Positions 40,041 through 53,456 of a stretch of DNA of 64,000 nucleotides are shown piece by piece. Source of the stretch: Rhina ancylostomus (Eukaryota); assembly GCA_030265395.1 (NCBI GenBank), contig JARFYF010000094.1, positions 59,741,682-59,805,681 of the forward strand, written 5' to 3'. Each line of letters starts with the position of its first letter. The stretch's first letter is position 1. Position numbers and translations under genes: made by a program. The notes under the pieces were generated by a model. The model was not told where the DNA came from. It did no database searches and saw nothing but the letters and a program-made list of their open reading frames with translations.

Positions 40041-41044
40041 AATAATTGATCACTCAGTGGGGAGGGAGGGGTGGTGAGAGTATATTGTTAGCCGAGTGGT
40101 AGACCCATAGCATTCACCATGTTTACTTACATGTTCACACGGGTATTGCCTTTTCTAAGTTGTACCAGGAGAAGAACCAGTGGGGAGAGAGAGAACTTTA
40201 TAAATAGAGATTTGTCATGATCTGAATGCACTGTTTAAATGGGGCGGCAAAATAAGCATCAGGAGGCAAATTGATTCATAAAACAGAGCAACACCACAGG
40301 GAAAGGGAAGAGGTGGGCTATTTCATTGAGGAGGTGCATGAACTAAGGTCAGATGTCTCCTCCTGTGCTATGTGATTCTGTACCCCATGTAAGCACAGTG
40401 AGGAAGGAAACATGATGATGGCAAGGCCACATGACTGTCCAGTGAGGTGGATGCCGAGTGCAAGTTCTATGTGAAATACTCTGACGGGGTTAAGGATCGG
40501 ATTGGGGTATTCTGAAGCTGGCCCTCAGATCTGTGAAATCAGTAAGAGATTGGTCAGAAGTGGTCTGTTTGGCTGGCTTGGGAATCTTCTGATTCTGCGC
40601 CAGTGTTGTAGCCCTCATTGGGTTGAGTAACACTGTCATGAAGTGGTACCAACCAGAACCACGAGCCATTGACCAAGTCTTTGTTTGTCTGCTTTTAACT
40701 TTTTAACTGTTCTGTAGATTTATTATGTTTGAAATCGACTCTCTAACTGTTCTTTAAAAAAACAGTCAGATATCTGTTGCTACTCAGCTGCTCCTACAGA
40801 ATGAGGTGCACATTCCTTACAGGCCTCCCCGTGTGTGAATGTTACCTCCATTGACAGCATGATAAGTTATTTTGACAAAAGATCTTTAAATAGGAAACAG
40901 CTTCTGACCAAAGCTTACTGACTTCAGGTTACTGTGGAGCAAACTTATCACAATCTTGATGAGCAGTGTCAGTCAGAGAGTTTCCTGCTGATTGTGGAAT
41001 GATGAGGTTTTTTTTAACATGTCTTTGTCTTGTACTAACCCTAG

Positions 41045-41338
41045 TTCCCCTGTCTCTGGCTGTACTAGTACTCCCATTTTCAACACTTGCATGACTGAGC
41101 GCATGGCTGATCTCACCCCCTCCCCCACCTTCTCGAACCCTGACTCTGACATCACTGAGCTCGCAGATGAGCAGCATGATGGGAAGGAGGAGGAGGAGGA
41201 GGATGAGGAGGAGCTGGACGATGAAACCTTTCTGGATGATCCCTTTTCTGACCTGGGGGGAGACGAAGGGTACCAGTTCCACCATGATGGCCAGGACCCG
41301 TTTTACGACCGCTCACCCTGGTTCAGTTTAGTGGGAAG
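41045..41338 (+). CDS. KIF1A: KIF1A acidic alternative exon: SPVSGCTSTPIFNTCMTERMADLTPSPTFSNPDSDITELADEQHDGKEEEEEDEEELDDETFLDDPFSDLGGDEGYQFHHDGQDPFYDRSPWFSLVG
   Basis: ccctag acceptor, weak gttggt donor, 294 nt symmetric phase 2-2; resembles the poly-Glu exon of the long human KIF1A isoform (NTCMSERMAALTPSPTFSSPDSD). Confidence 0.93.
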
Positions 41339-44299
41339 GTTGGTGAGGTCTCTAGAGCATGAAGGGAAGGGACTAGCTCTTTCACACTGAGAATAGTAAC
41401 CCCTGTGGCAAGTGGTCACAAGAGATCTTAATGCTGGAGCCATTATCCATTCACCATCAGTTCCAGATTTGCCTCAAGGGCTGCTGCCTCACACTGAGGG
41501 AGACCTAATTTAAGACATGGACTGTAATATTCTCCAATAATAGTGGAATAACCATCCAGAAGAAGAAAAAAAGGAAAGCTAAATAACACATTGGCATAAA
41601 CGTTGCAAGTGCCAAACAAAACTTCAAGTTCATGTTGTCAGATAGAGTGGAATCCTACTGTATGCAACAAAATCGTGAAATTCACGCCATCAGTGATTAT
41701 AACTTATCTGGGAATGCTGAAAGTTATATAGTCATATTAATCCATTGACAGTCTACTGTTGGGGTAGTAAGTTTCAAAAGCTGGGTATCTTACTGAAAAT
41801 TTATCCTTTGCTCTACGTAAGAGAGGATACTCTGAGCAGAGATTTCTGCAAATAATGTCGTCAACCCAGTGAAAGTGAGTGTGTTATTAGCTCATGACCA
41901 TTAGTGTGGGCTAATAGGATGCAGAACGCCCAATGGATCCCCAGGTGGATTCCCCTGTGTTTGGGGATATACTGACAGCAGCATTTTACCGATTGAGCTG
42001 CATGTTCCCTCTTGTCAGACACCTATTTATTCTACTTGACAATAAAATGCTTCAACTGGATTTTGGATGGGATGATCATGAGCACCAGATTTGGTCTTCT
42101 AAATCCAATGAGTGGCTAGCCAAAATGCATTCAGATAAACTGGTTAAATCTCTGTGCCTTTGCATCACAGTTGTATACATATGGATTCCATTGTATCTCT
42201 CAAAGGAAGACTGCTTTGTCAGTGGCTTCCAGCTTGGTTGACAATCGGGCACTGCAGTGAGACTTGCATTAATGCGCAATTTACTACCTTTTGTTAACTT
42301 ACTTTAAGAAGGATTGTGCATTTTTTTGTTTTGGAATTGTTAGCTCTTAAATCATTTGACATGCACTTGATAGAACTGGATTTTTTAGGAGAAACAGAAG
42401 GAATCAGCTCCTTCAGTAGAGATGTCAACTGCCTGTGTTTAGTCTCAGAGCCCCGTAACATCCAAGCAACAAATTCTGACTAGATAGTGTTCTAGCTAGG
42501 AAGGAGTAAACACTGAATTAGGAGAGAGAGCAAGGCTTCTGATGTGATAGAGAAGGGTGTTAACCGAAAGCACAAGTGAATGATCAGTTCAGTGAGCAAA
42601 AAAGCAGCAAAGAAGGACAATTTAGGGACATAGGAAGTAGCTGATGTGGATGACATCTCTTGAACTAACGGAGTGAACTGGAAGGAGGCATGGTACGGGA
42701 CAAAATTACAAAGGTAACATTGAGAAAGGCCACAAGGAGAGTTACAAAGGGGTGAATATTTTGAATTCCTGGAGTTAGAGGAATGAGAGATTATTGGAGA
42801 TGAGTGAGGGCAAGAGTTATAGGTGAGTGCACCTTAATGCAGGGTTAAGATGCAAGGAGTACAAATTCAATAAAGTTCAAGTTCAGGAGGCCAACAGTAA
42901 AAGTCTTGGTGAAATATGTTCTGGTGGCAATATACATGAGATTAATTGGGGCAGGGATGGTTATAAATTACCCTGGAAGTGGATAGGAAACACCCAGTGT
43001 GGGTCACTCTGCCCACTCCTCACAGTTCCAGGTGTGCAAGTTAGACTTAGCCCCTTCCTCAGTTTCCTTGGAAAGGATTACTCTTAGAACACCTCCTGAA
43101 CAGCTTGATAGTAAAGGTAATTAAATCTTCTGACCAACATCATTATTGGGGTGTGTAAAATATTTTTAAAATTATTTATTTTCTATTGCATTTAATGAAT
43201 ATTCATTGTATTGCTTCTGGTTTAGAAGCGTTTGTTTGAATTACAGCATTATGAATGTAAACCTCTCTAATAACTTGGAGGATTAGTCCAGGTGTCAATG
43301 CAGTTGCCTTGTCAATTTTATAATTCACAGCCCATTAATATTTATAGTTTCATCTGAGATCTTTTTTCACAGCTTTGAGTCCTACTGTTCTCCCGATGAA
43401 AGAGCTTGTCCCTTTACCAGCTCATCTCAATAGGGCATGCCAGACTTTCTGAGTAGGTCATGCCAAGGCATCGCAATAAGGCATGCCAAGGCATTCAGTT
43501 TCCAAACATGTTACAGTTAATCTCAATTGGCTATCCCAGCACAGCGGCTTTGAAAAAAATAATAAAAATAATTTTATCAAACTGTGCACGCACATTGGCA
43601 CCACTGTTTTGCAACCTGCTGTGCCGCCATTTTGAAAACCGCTGCACCAGATGCTGGGTATCTTCTGTTAATTTTACAGGCGCTACAGTAGAAGCTGGCT
43701 CTACCAATGTTTAGCCAATGTTTCCTTTCAACTGACGTTTATCATTTCTTTGTTTATTGTGTTGAAAGCTTTGTGTTCTGAGCATGCCACCTTTGCACCT
43801 CACCAATCTTGTTACCAGCTCCGTTGCATTGGGCACCGTATATTCAGTCTGCTTCAAGTGTCTTGCCATGCCCCAGGTATCTCTTTGTGGTTGTCGCATG
43901 AGTCACACAGATGTTTTTATTCCTGTTTATCCATTTTTGGATCAAACCTGTGCTCAGCTAATCAGTACAACATTGTCACTTGCCCCTGGAAGTAGTTGGA
44001 CAAGGAGGGGGGTTAATTTTGTTAAGAACCTTGTAATTTCTCTTCAGTAGAAATGCATTTAATTAAATACATATCCGTAATTATTTCTGTAGCAGCAGAA
44101 TCAATATCATATTTTAATTTCTCTTCACAAGGTTTGAAAGCAGATCTTGTACTAATGTTAGCAGTAAACACAATCGTATTTTATGATAAGCCCCTCCCAA
44201 AAATAAGATTGAAAATCATAAATTTATTCTAGATGTCCAAAGTTCAGCTGATAAATCATTTAATTTTGGTGGAACACTTTGGAGAGTATCTGATGCAGT

Positions 44300-44400
44300 A
44301 TTAATAAAAACAGAAAATTTTAGAACACAGAGCAGTTCAGGCAACATCTGTGGAAAGAGAAACAGTCAAAGTTTCAGGTCCATGACCCTTCATCAGAGGT
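44300..44400. mobile_element. Palindromic-repeat half copy carrying a hammerhead-like core on the minus strand
   Basis: agcagttcaggcaacatctgtggaaagagaaacagtcaaagtttcaggtccatgacccttcatcag. Confidence 0.6.
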
Positions 44401-47400
44401 GTCAGGGGACCCCCATAGACCAAGACCCAGGAGGCACTGTCGGTGAAGATTTGATGGGATCTCGATGATAGCACCCCTGAGAAAGTACTGACTTGTGAAA
44501 TTCTATGTATGTATAGTAGGTGGGAAGTTCTGATCTCCAGACTGTGGTCCTCATGGTCTCTGTTGAGAACTTTTGTAGAATGAAAATTTAGAAATGACGG
44601 ACATGGAAAGAAGATTATATACCACCACCATCAGAGGCATCATGTGAAAATGAGTAGAGTGAGCTACCTTCTGGTGATACATGAAACATATTGTCAATTC
44701 ATTGATTGGCATATGGAATATTTATTTTTGTGTGACATTTCCAGTCCTTTCCACTTCTGAAACTTACCTGACCAGAACTGGGGAAAAAATAATTTAAATA
44801 TGCAAGTACAAGCATCTTGGAATATTAGGACATTTATAAAACCCTACCCCACTCCCAAGAGCAACCTCTTCTCCCTCCAGTCCACCTCCAGGCTCTCAGG
44901 TTGAGCACTGACCAGAAATCAGACTTATCTGAAAGGGAAAACATGACCCTCTGCTTCTCTTGCAATTCTTCCCAGCTGGCTGGATGGTCGCCTGGTCAGA
45001 GGTCTAGGCAAGATTGGCATTCACCTCTTTGGCCACATGTGAGTGATATGAAATGTGGGTAGGTGCAAAAGTGAAAGGATTAAATAACCTAATGTCAACA
45101 TAAGTCACTGAAATTAAGATTTCAGGAAACTGTATTTCACTCATTTAAATAAATGGTCTGCTGTACACTAAGTGTTGGCAGGAAGACTAGCGTTTCCTTA
45201 ATTCAACCAACTCTGATTCCAACCCAATGGAATTCTCAACTTTAATTATCACGGAATTCCCCTTAAATCAGCCTTCAATGTGGTATGTATTTAAATATTA
45301 TAATGAAGTCTTAGGGTAGAATTACCACCAAGCCATCTGGTGTCTCTCGACATTGAGTTCACTATTTCTGACACAGAAAGTTCCTGACCATTTCACAGGA
45401 GCATGAAGAACATAGTATTGATTACCCTGGGAGCCTGTTTTCCAAAGGTGAGCAGAATTGTCAATCACATGGCATTTTACATTGGTACATGGAAGTGTAG
45501 TGCACTGAACCAATGCAACTTCAGTAGTGTTGCTCATTTTCCACTCTACAGCAGAAAGCTTCAAAGATAGATTACAGAAGTGTTTGCTCTTCACCGTTCT
45601 CCAGATGACTGAGTGTCAGTTTCCTGGCAGTGGCGCTCACACAGCTAACAGTCATTGGTTAGAGGGAAATAAACAATTTACCTCACATTGTTTGAAATGT
45701 GAGGTCCTCCCAGCTTATGCCCACAGGATGCATTGGAGAGGAGAAATGCACAAAAGGTTTGGATCTGATTGCCCCTTTACTTCTTGTTAGTTTAAGATTT
45801 TCAATGAACTTCCTCCTTCTTGGGAAGTTGCATTGTTTTAAATAACCTGACCACAAACAATGAAGTTTATTCAAATGAAGACTGACCCTAGTATATGAAA
45901 AGAAATAATCTGTGAATACCCTTGGAAGCAGTTGAGTGTTTCAACTTCAACCAATGCTGAAGGTCACACTTTGAACACTTGGTAATATACTACCATACTT
46001 AGAAATCCTTAAAAAGGATAGAATTCAGGCTATTGGTAGCAAATAATTTGGAAAGGGAAGCACAGTTCACTTTTAATTATAAATGCAAAATTTTAATTGC
46101 TGCCTATGAATTTTGGGCCATGACATGATGTTCCCCTGAGATATGCAGGCAGTATTTTTGCATAATCCCAGTATAAAATCTAAGAAGGATAACAACATAA
46201 GGGAACTTTCAATCTTGATGTAACTGTGGTTAGTTACCAGAGATTTTTAGCTTATACCTCTAAATGTCATGTCATGGCTACACAAAGCAGGTTGTCCCAA
46301 AATACCACCCCTCATAGGGGCAGAACATTGTCTCCTCTACTTTCCTCCATTTCCCACTGGGCTTGTGAAAATTGTATCAGAAAAGGTCAAAATGCCTGGT
46401 AAAATTTTAGTATTTATCCAGTTGAGTTAATGACGTTTTGATCTTCTGAGTATTATATTCCATTTTTGGTGGAAAATTTACAGATTAAGCATGGAAACTG
46501 GGTGTTAGTCCCATTTGGATTTCGTTCCTCTTGAAGCAGACTGAATCCTCTGGATCCAGTATGGTCGCTCATATTTAATGCTACTGAATATCTTTTTTCT
46601 TTATGTTCTTTTTATTACAGATGTTTTTATGTCCACAAAGTTTGCTTGATTGCAAGGCAGCAGTGACTCCCTCCCCTTCCATGCTGATTGTGACTTGTTG
46701 ATGAATCTTTTGGTGGTACATGTGTGGTTGTCTCCAGTTACTCTCACCTGGCTGGCTGTGGCTGGCTTTCGATGCTGCTTTGTTTTGCTGCTTTGTTTCC
46801 TGGCACTGTGGCGTGCTGTATATGTTGGATGAAGATTGCAGGTGGTTCTACTTTGATCACTCAGGGACTTTACTCTTTACTCCCTTTCCCATACTTGAAT
46901 ACAACCTATCAATGGAACCCTTTTTGCCAATGGCCAATCAAGGGGCCTTCTTAACAAATCCAATAGCCTTTACCTAAAATTTAGTGAGTGAGAACAAATA
47001 ATTCACTTTTCCTGTCACTCTAAGTACCCATTTACTGGGTTGCTTTGTCATTTCCCTATTCAAGTTCATGGCTGTTGAAAATTTTCTCTGTCTATTGTAA
47101 GCTGTTGCAAGTTGTCCAGTGAGGAATCTGACTAGCTCAGCCTCCAAGAATTCATTCATGGTTAAATCATTTGAGGACATCCAGCAGTTTATTGTGCCTG
47201 TCCACGTAAAGTTATTGAGGCTACTGTGGTGCTTCAGCCAAAGAGCATGGCACTGCTCTGCACATCACCTGATGATGGAGATGAGCACAGAAGCCTGTTT
47301 CCTGAATGCATCGCTGTTGAAGTTTGTTTTGGAGCTGGATGCAAAACTTCCAAAAGCAACAATGTTCAAGTTCTGACAACTTTAATGACATGAAACACGA

Positions 47401-48542
47401 GTCAACAGTTCACACTAAAGCAATATCATCTTGAGAAGACGTATCTAAGAAAAGCAATCAAGTTCACTGTTGGTATTGGTTAAAGGAACTTGAGATGGTT
47501 ATTTCAGAGACTTAAACAGGTCATAAGGCAGAGAATGGCTGATTACAGATCCATGGCTTTCACAGAAAAATAAATGTTCTATTTCCGGCTTGTCTTTTCA
47601 AAGGAGAATGCATTCTCATGGAGAGAGATTGGTTAGTCCATCTATGAAAAATGTTTGTTCATCACCCCTTACAATTCTGGCCCAGTTATTGCTGTCCCCT
47701 GAGTTTGTTTTTCAGTTCATGGGAATTAGGATAGCCACCAACCTAAGGAATCCTGGCAAACTAGCACAAAGTGTCTTTGTTTCTCCCAGCTGAGATTTTC
47801 TTCAGAGCTCGTGTTGGATTCTCCATGATCTGGCCATTCTAGTCAGTGAGCATCAGTAAATCACTTTTCCTCTCGTTCTTGCTGTGTTATTTTGTCAGTT
47901 TCCTGGTCAGGTTTATACTTGCTGAAAATGTTTTCTGCCTAACCAACAGCCCAGACCAATTCTTGATGAGGCTGCAGGTTGTCCAATGAGCAACAGGAGT
48001 TTGACCATTTCTTCCAAGAAGTCATCAACTTAAGGCTCACTGCTGTATCCCCTGCCTCTCCTTTGCAGTTCACTCCATTCAAAGCACTTCAGAAATGTAG
48101 GTGCCTGCTCCTTGGCAGATTTTGCTGCAACCCACCTGGAGCTGCTTCCTTCCTAGTACTAGCATATGAATGGAGTCTTATCTCTCTTTCTTCCTCCTTT
48201 CCATTTATGTGCATTTATTCTTTGAATTCTCCCTGATTCTGACTCATTTTCCTGGGTCAGGAATCTTTATTTATCCATGAAACATTGCCCTTTGGCAGTG
48301 AGATTCCACATGGTGTCAATGTTGCCAGTGACACAGGGATTTGAGTCGTGCTTGGCAGGATTTGAAGAGTCAGTGAATAACTCGCCCCACTAGAATTCTA
48401 CCCCAGGAAGAACATATAAGTATATCCTGGGCTAATCAACACAATGTGCTCATGTTTACCTCTTTTCTGAGAAGGAATAAACAGTGGGGTAACAGTTACT
48501 AAAAATAAGTTTATTTACTGGCTTTGACTTTTATTCATTCCT

Positions 48543-48792
48543 TTAGAGGGGATCTGAGGATGAACTTGTTCACCCAGAGGGTGGTTAGAATCTGAAACTC
48601 ACTGCCTAAGTGAGCTGTGGAGGCAGGTACTCTCACAACATTTACAATGTATCTGGGTGAGCACTTGAATCGCCAGTGCAGCTGCAGATCACGTCCTGCT
48701 AAATAGGCTCTGTATAGAGAGATACTTGATGGTCAGCATGAACGTGGTGGGCTGAAGGGCCTATTTCTATGCTGTCTGATTCTATGACTCCA
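48543..48792 (+). mobile_element. CR1 LINE 3' end
   Basis: tttagaggggatctgagg...ttcacccagagggtggttag...gggctgaagggcctatttctatgctgtctgattctatgactc. Confidence 0.8.
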
Positions 48793-50311
48793 CATTAGGA
48801 ACAATGCCCTCTTGGTTAAATGTGAGCTGTGGTTCTGTCGATGCCACTCTAGCCTTCGACTTAGACACTTGTACATTGAAGATTTCCTCCAGAAACTCCA
48901 GTGATGTGAGGAAGAACTTCAGCATTAAGGTGCTCTGAGATGAATCAAAAGATAGTCCATAATGAAGTTGGATGCTGTACCTTCAACCCAGAACCATACA
49001 CCAGTCATGCACTATCTTGTCTTGGAGAACATGATTTATTTTAATTGAAGAATGAGATAGTCGCAAAAGAATCACTTGGTTGGCCAGTTATTAGGCATCC
49101 TATTAGGAGATTTACATCCCTTGGCAGCTTCTCCTTTATGAAAAATTGTCATACCAGTTACTGCCGTTGATTATCCAAAAGTAAAAATCATATTTACTTG
49201 AAGTTTCCCAGAAGAAGCAGTCTGTAGCCCTAATTAAAGGGCAGAGGTTGTGTTGGATGTAGAACATTATACTTTTGTTTTTGACTAGATCCAGTNNNNN
49301 NNNNNNNNNNNNNNNNNNNNNNNNNNNNNNNNNNNNNNNNNNNNNNNNNNNNNNNNNNNNNNNNNNNNNNNNNNNNNNNNNNNNNNNNNNNNNNNTGATT
49401 TTGACTAGATCCAGTCACAAAGCGAGCCAGCTGATAGCGCATGACCACTACATTCTCTGTTGTGGGATCTGAAGTCCAGTGTCAGGTCCCATCAGTATCA
49501 GCTCAGGCTCCAGATCAAGTCAGTATGCCTTGAAGTGCAGACTAAACTATTCCAATTCTGCAAACTATCAGCTACAGATGGCCAACTGAATTCTCATTGC
49601 TACTTCTCCACTTACCCTCCCCACCCCTATTTTCAATATCCTTCAAATCTTCCAGGAGGTACCCTTCTCCAAGTGGCCAGCAGATTAGATTTTGCCATTA
49701 CAGCTTCTGAAGTAGCATGAATCCATCACCCAGTGGGTTAGTACAACATATGATTTGAATGGTGGAGGCAAAGTGAACAGCAGTCTGCTGCCCCCCCACC
49801 CCACTCTGGATAATGGGACAATCTGACTGAACTCAATGTACAAATGAACAGTACAACCAAAAACTCCTGACATGTGGACACAAAGAGCTAGGGATACTTG
49901 CTACAGAATCCAAGCACAGCCACCAGCCCACTGGGTTGACACATGATGACTAGAAAGAGAAAGGAGTATTTGGGCCAATCAGGTTGATGGTTTCCATGGG
50001 CCAGTACTCAATTCATATGGGGAGAGAGAGAAAAACATTAATACCAACTACCAGCAAAGTGGAGTGACTTTAAATAAAGTCAGCAGCAGATCACATCTTC
50101 TAAACAAAACATTGGAAAGGCTAAAATCAAATCCAAACCTTTGGTCATTCCTATTCTCTTAGTATCTGTCCTTTCTCACGGTCCTATGGAGTGGGCTCTG
50201 TCTTCACAAAATGTTGGCTTAACCAGTTCCAGTTGCAAGAGAACCAACCATCAATGCCATGTTTTCTAACAGCCCCAGCTGTGAAGTCCCTGAGCCAATG
50301 AGGAAGTGTAG

Positions 50312-50785
<474 letters not shown>

Positions 50786-50995
50786 TGAAAGTGAAACCAG
50801 GACAGGTGATTACTTCGATCCTTTGACATTTCACTTGGCATGTGAGGTTAAGATGACCTTTGACTTGTGCCTTCATATTTAATGTCATATTTTTAACATG
50901 CATTAAATTAAATCATGTTAATCTCCTTATCATAAATCAAGCACTGTTAGAAAAATTATACCAGGGTCAGCAACACCATTGCACATGTTAATTGA

Positions 50996-51313
<318 letters not shown>

Positions 51314-51579
51314 CNNNNNNNNNNNNNNNNNNNNNNNNNNNNNNNNNNNNNNNNNNNNNNNNNNNNNNNNNNNNNNNNNNNNNNNNNNNNNNCTGAGTCT
51401 GTGAGGCAGCAGCTCTGGTGGTTGCACCACTACCATCCTAGAATAGAACCAGAATGGAGTAAATAGATAATTTACCAACAACATAAAGATGTGAGGATAA
51501 GTGAACAGCATGAGAATATTTTAAGAAGGCATCCGGAAGACCCAAAGCAACAGCATAATTCAGCAGAAAACACTGAGTA

Positions 51580-52080
51580 ACTTCCAACCTTGAGAAGGCC
51601 TGCAATAACTTCTAACCGTGAGAGCACCCATGCTAACCTCTAACCCTGAGAATTTCTACTGTAATCTCTCAGCCTAAGAAAGCCCCAAATCATCTCCAAT
51701 TCTTGAGAATGCCCACACTAACCTTGAATGCTGGAAGTGCCTACAGTAACCTCTAACCTTGAAAAACACTCACTAACATCTAGCACTGAGAATGCCCACA
51801 GTAGCCCCTAACCCTGAGAATGCCCACACTAATCTCTAACCCTGAGAATCCCCACTGTAAAAACTCAGAGAATGCCCACACTAACCTCTTACCCAGAGAA
51901 TCCCTACTGCATTCTTTAACCTTGAAAATGCTTAAATTAACCTCTCACCCTGAGAATCCCCACAGTAACCTCTAACCCTGTAAGTACCCACCCTAACCTC
52001 TAACCATGAGAAAGTCCAAAGTAACCACTAACCCTGACAACGCCCACAGCAATCCCTGACTGTGAGAACACCCTGAGAAT
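51580..52080. repeat. 28-bp minisatellite (cctgagaatgcccacactaacctctaac)
   Basis: Many consecutive degenerate units, each with ctaacc/taaccc. Confidence 0.85.
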
Positions 52081-52473
52081 ATCCACGTGTCCCCCAACAG
52101 AAGGACTCCATGGTATTTAGAATTATATGCAGAACAGTAATATACATCTTCAGNNNNNNNNNNCCACATGATATGGGAAAGGAGGTTCTTTTTAAGTGGC
52201 ATAGAATCTATGATGACATGGTTCTGCAGAACACTCCGCTTGATGTGTGAAATGGTTCCATGCTTATCACACTTTGTTGCTTTCACTTCTAAACTTAGTG
52301 GCTACACGTCACTGTAGGAAGATTTGAGCTCATTCATGGAATGACAAGTTGTGGCTGCGATTTAATTTGGAGAGGTGTGGGGCAATACATTTTGGTGAAT
52401 AGATGAGGTGTTCCGGATATGCATCAATTAGGAAGAGACTGAAGGGCAAGGCTAAAGGGATGCTACTGATTAA

Positions 52474-52830
52474 GGGTGGTACATTGGCACAGCTTGTAGC
52501 CCTGCTGCCTCACAGCAGTCTCACAGCTTCAGCGGCCCAGGTTCAATCCTGACCTGTAGCGCTGTCTGTGTAGGGCCTGCACATTCTCCCTGCGATCATG
52601 TGGGTTTACTTAGGTTCTCCGGTTTCTGTCCATATCCCAAGGGCGTGTGGGTTGGTAGGTTAATAGGTCACTGTAAATTGCTGTTAGTGTGCAGGTAAGT
52701 GATAGAATCATGTGATAAGAATGTAGGGAGAATAAAAATGGGATTACATTAGGAATGATGCAAATAAGTGCTTGATGGCCGGGATGGTCTCAATAAGCCA
52801 AAGGGCCTGTTTCGAAGCTGCATGACTTTG
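52474..52830 (+). mobile_element. HE1/V-SINE-like SINE with CR1-like tail
   Basis: tRNA-like head (ggcacagcttgtagccctgctgcctcacagc, ggttcaatcctgacc), V-domain (cattctccc...tgggttt...ctccggtttc), tail agggcctgtttc. Confidence 0.8.
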
Positions 52831-53320
52831 ACAAGCATAGGTCATTGGTTCACTAAGTACCTAGGAATGGCAAATGAAAGCAACAATGTGAGAGCTGGGA
52901 TTCTAAGATTATTTCCACCAGAGCAGTGAAGGTCAAGAAGAAACTCAATGGAAGATTTTAAAACCATGTACGTAACAGCAGACTCTTTCCTATGACAAGG
53001 AGTCAGCATTGAGGGGCAATCATTTTAATATTGTTGGTGAGAGTGAGATGTGATATTGGAAGACATTTTGTTGGCTCATGCCGTGCCTTGCCACCCATAG
53101 TAAATGAGATGGAGAAAGTGGACAACTACATGAAGCAGAGGAAAGTACAAGCCTTCAGACTATGTAGTTGGCTTAGTTCCAGGTTGCTTCTGCACAATAG
53201 GCTAAATGGTCTTTACTGCTGTTAACATGACTAGCTTGATTAATATTGTCATGAATTCTTGCAAGAATGAAGAAGGGTATTGCAGTGATGTCGCTCTGTG
53301 ATGCTCTCTGTTGTGTTTAG

Positions 53321-53456
53321 TTTCAGTCAGATTGTTGCACAGCTGGAATGTCTCGCTCAGGCACATCACAGGAGGAGCTACGTATTGTTGAAGGGCAAGG
53401 TCAGTCGAGCGATTCAGGCCCTTCAGCTGATGAGGTTAACAACAACACCTGTACAG
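53321..53456 (+). CDS. KIF1A: KIF1A exon: [45 protein letters not shown]
   Basis: gtgtttag acceptor, gtatgt donor, 136 nt, phase 0 to 1. Confidence 0.95.

Noticed and set aside
40766-40840. Possible extra acceptor or exon upstream of the acidic exon (aaacag|tcagatatc...)
   Set aside because: An A-run precedes the AG, there is no good frame-preserving donor, and a stop follows shortly.
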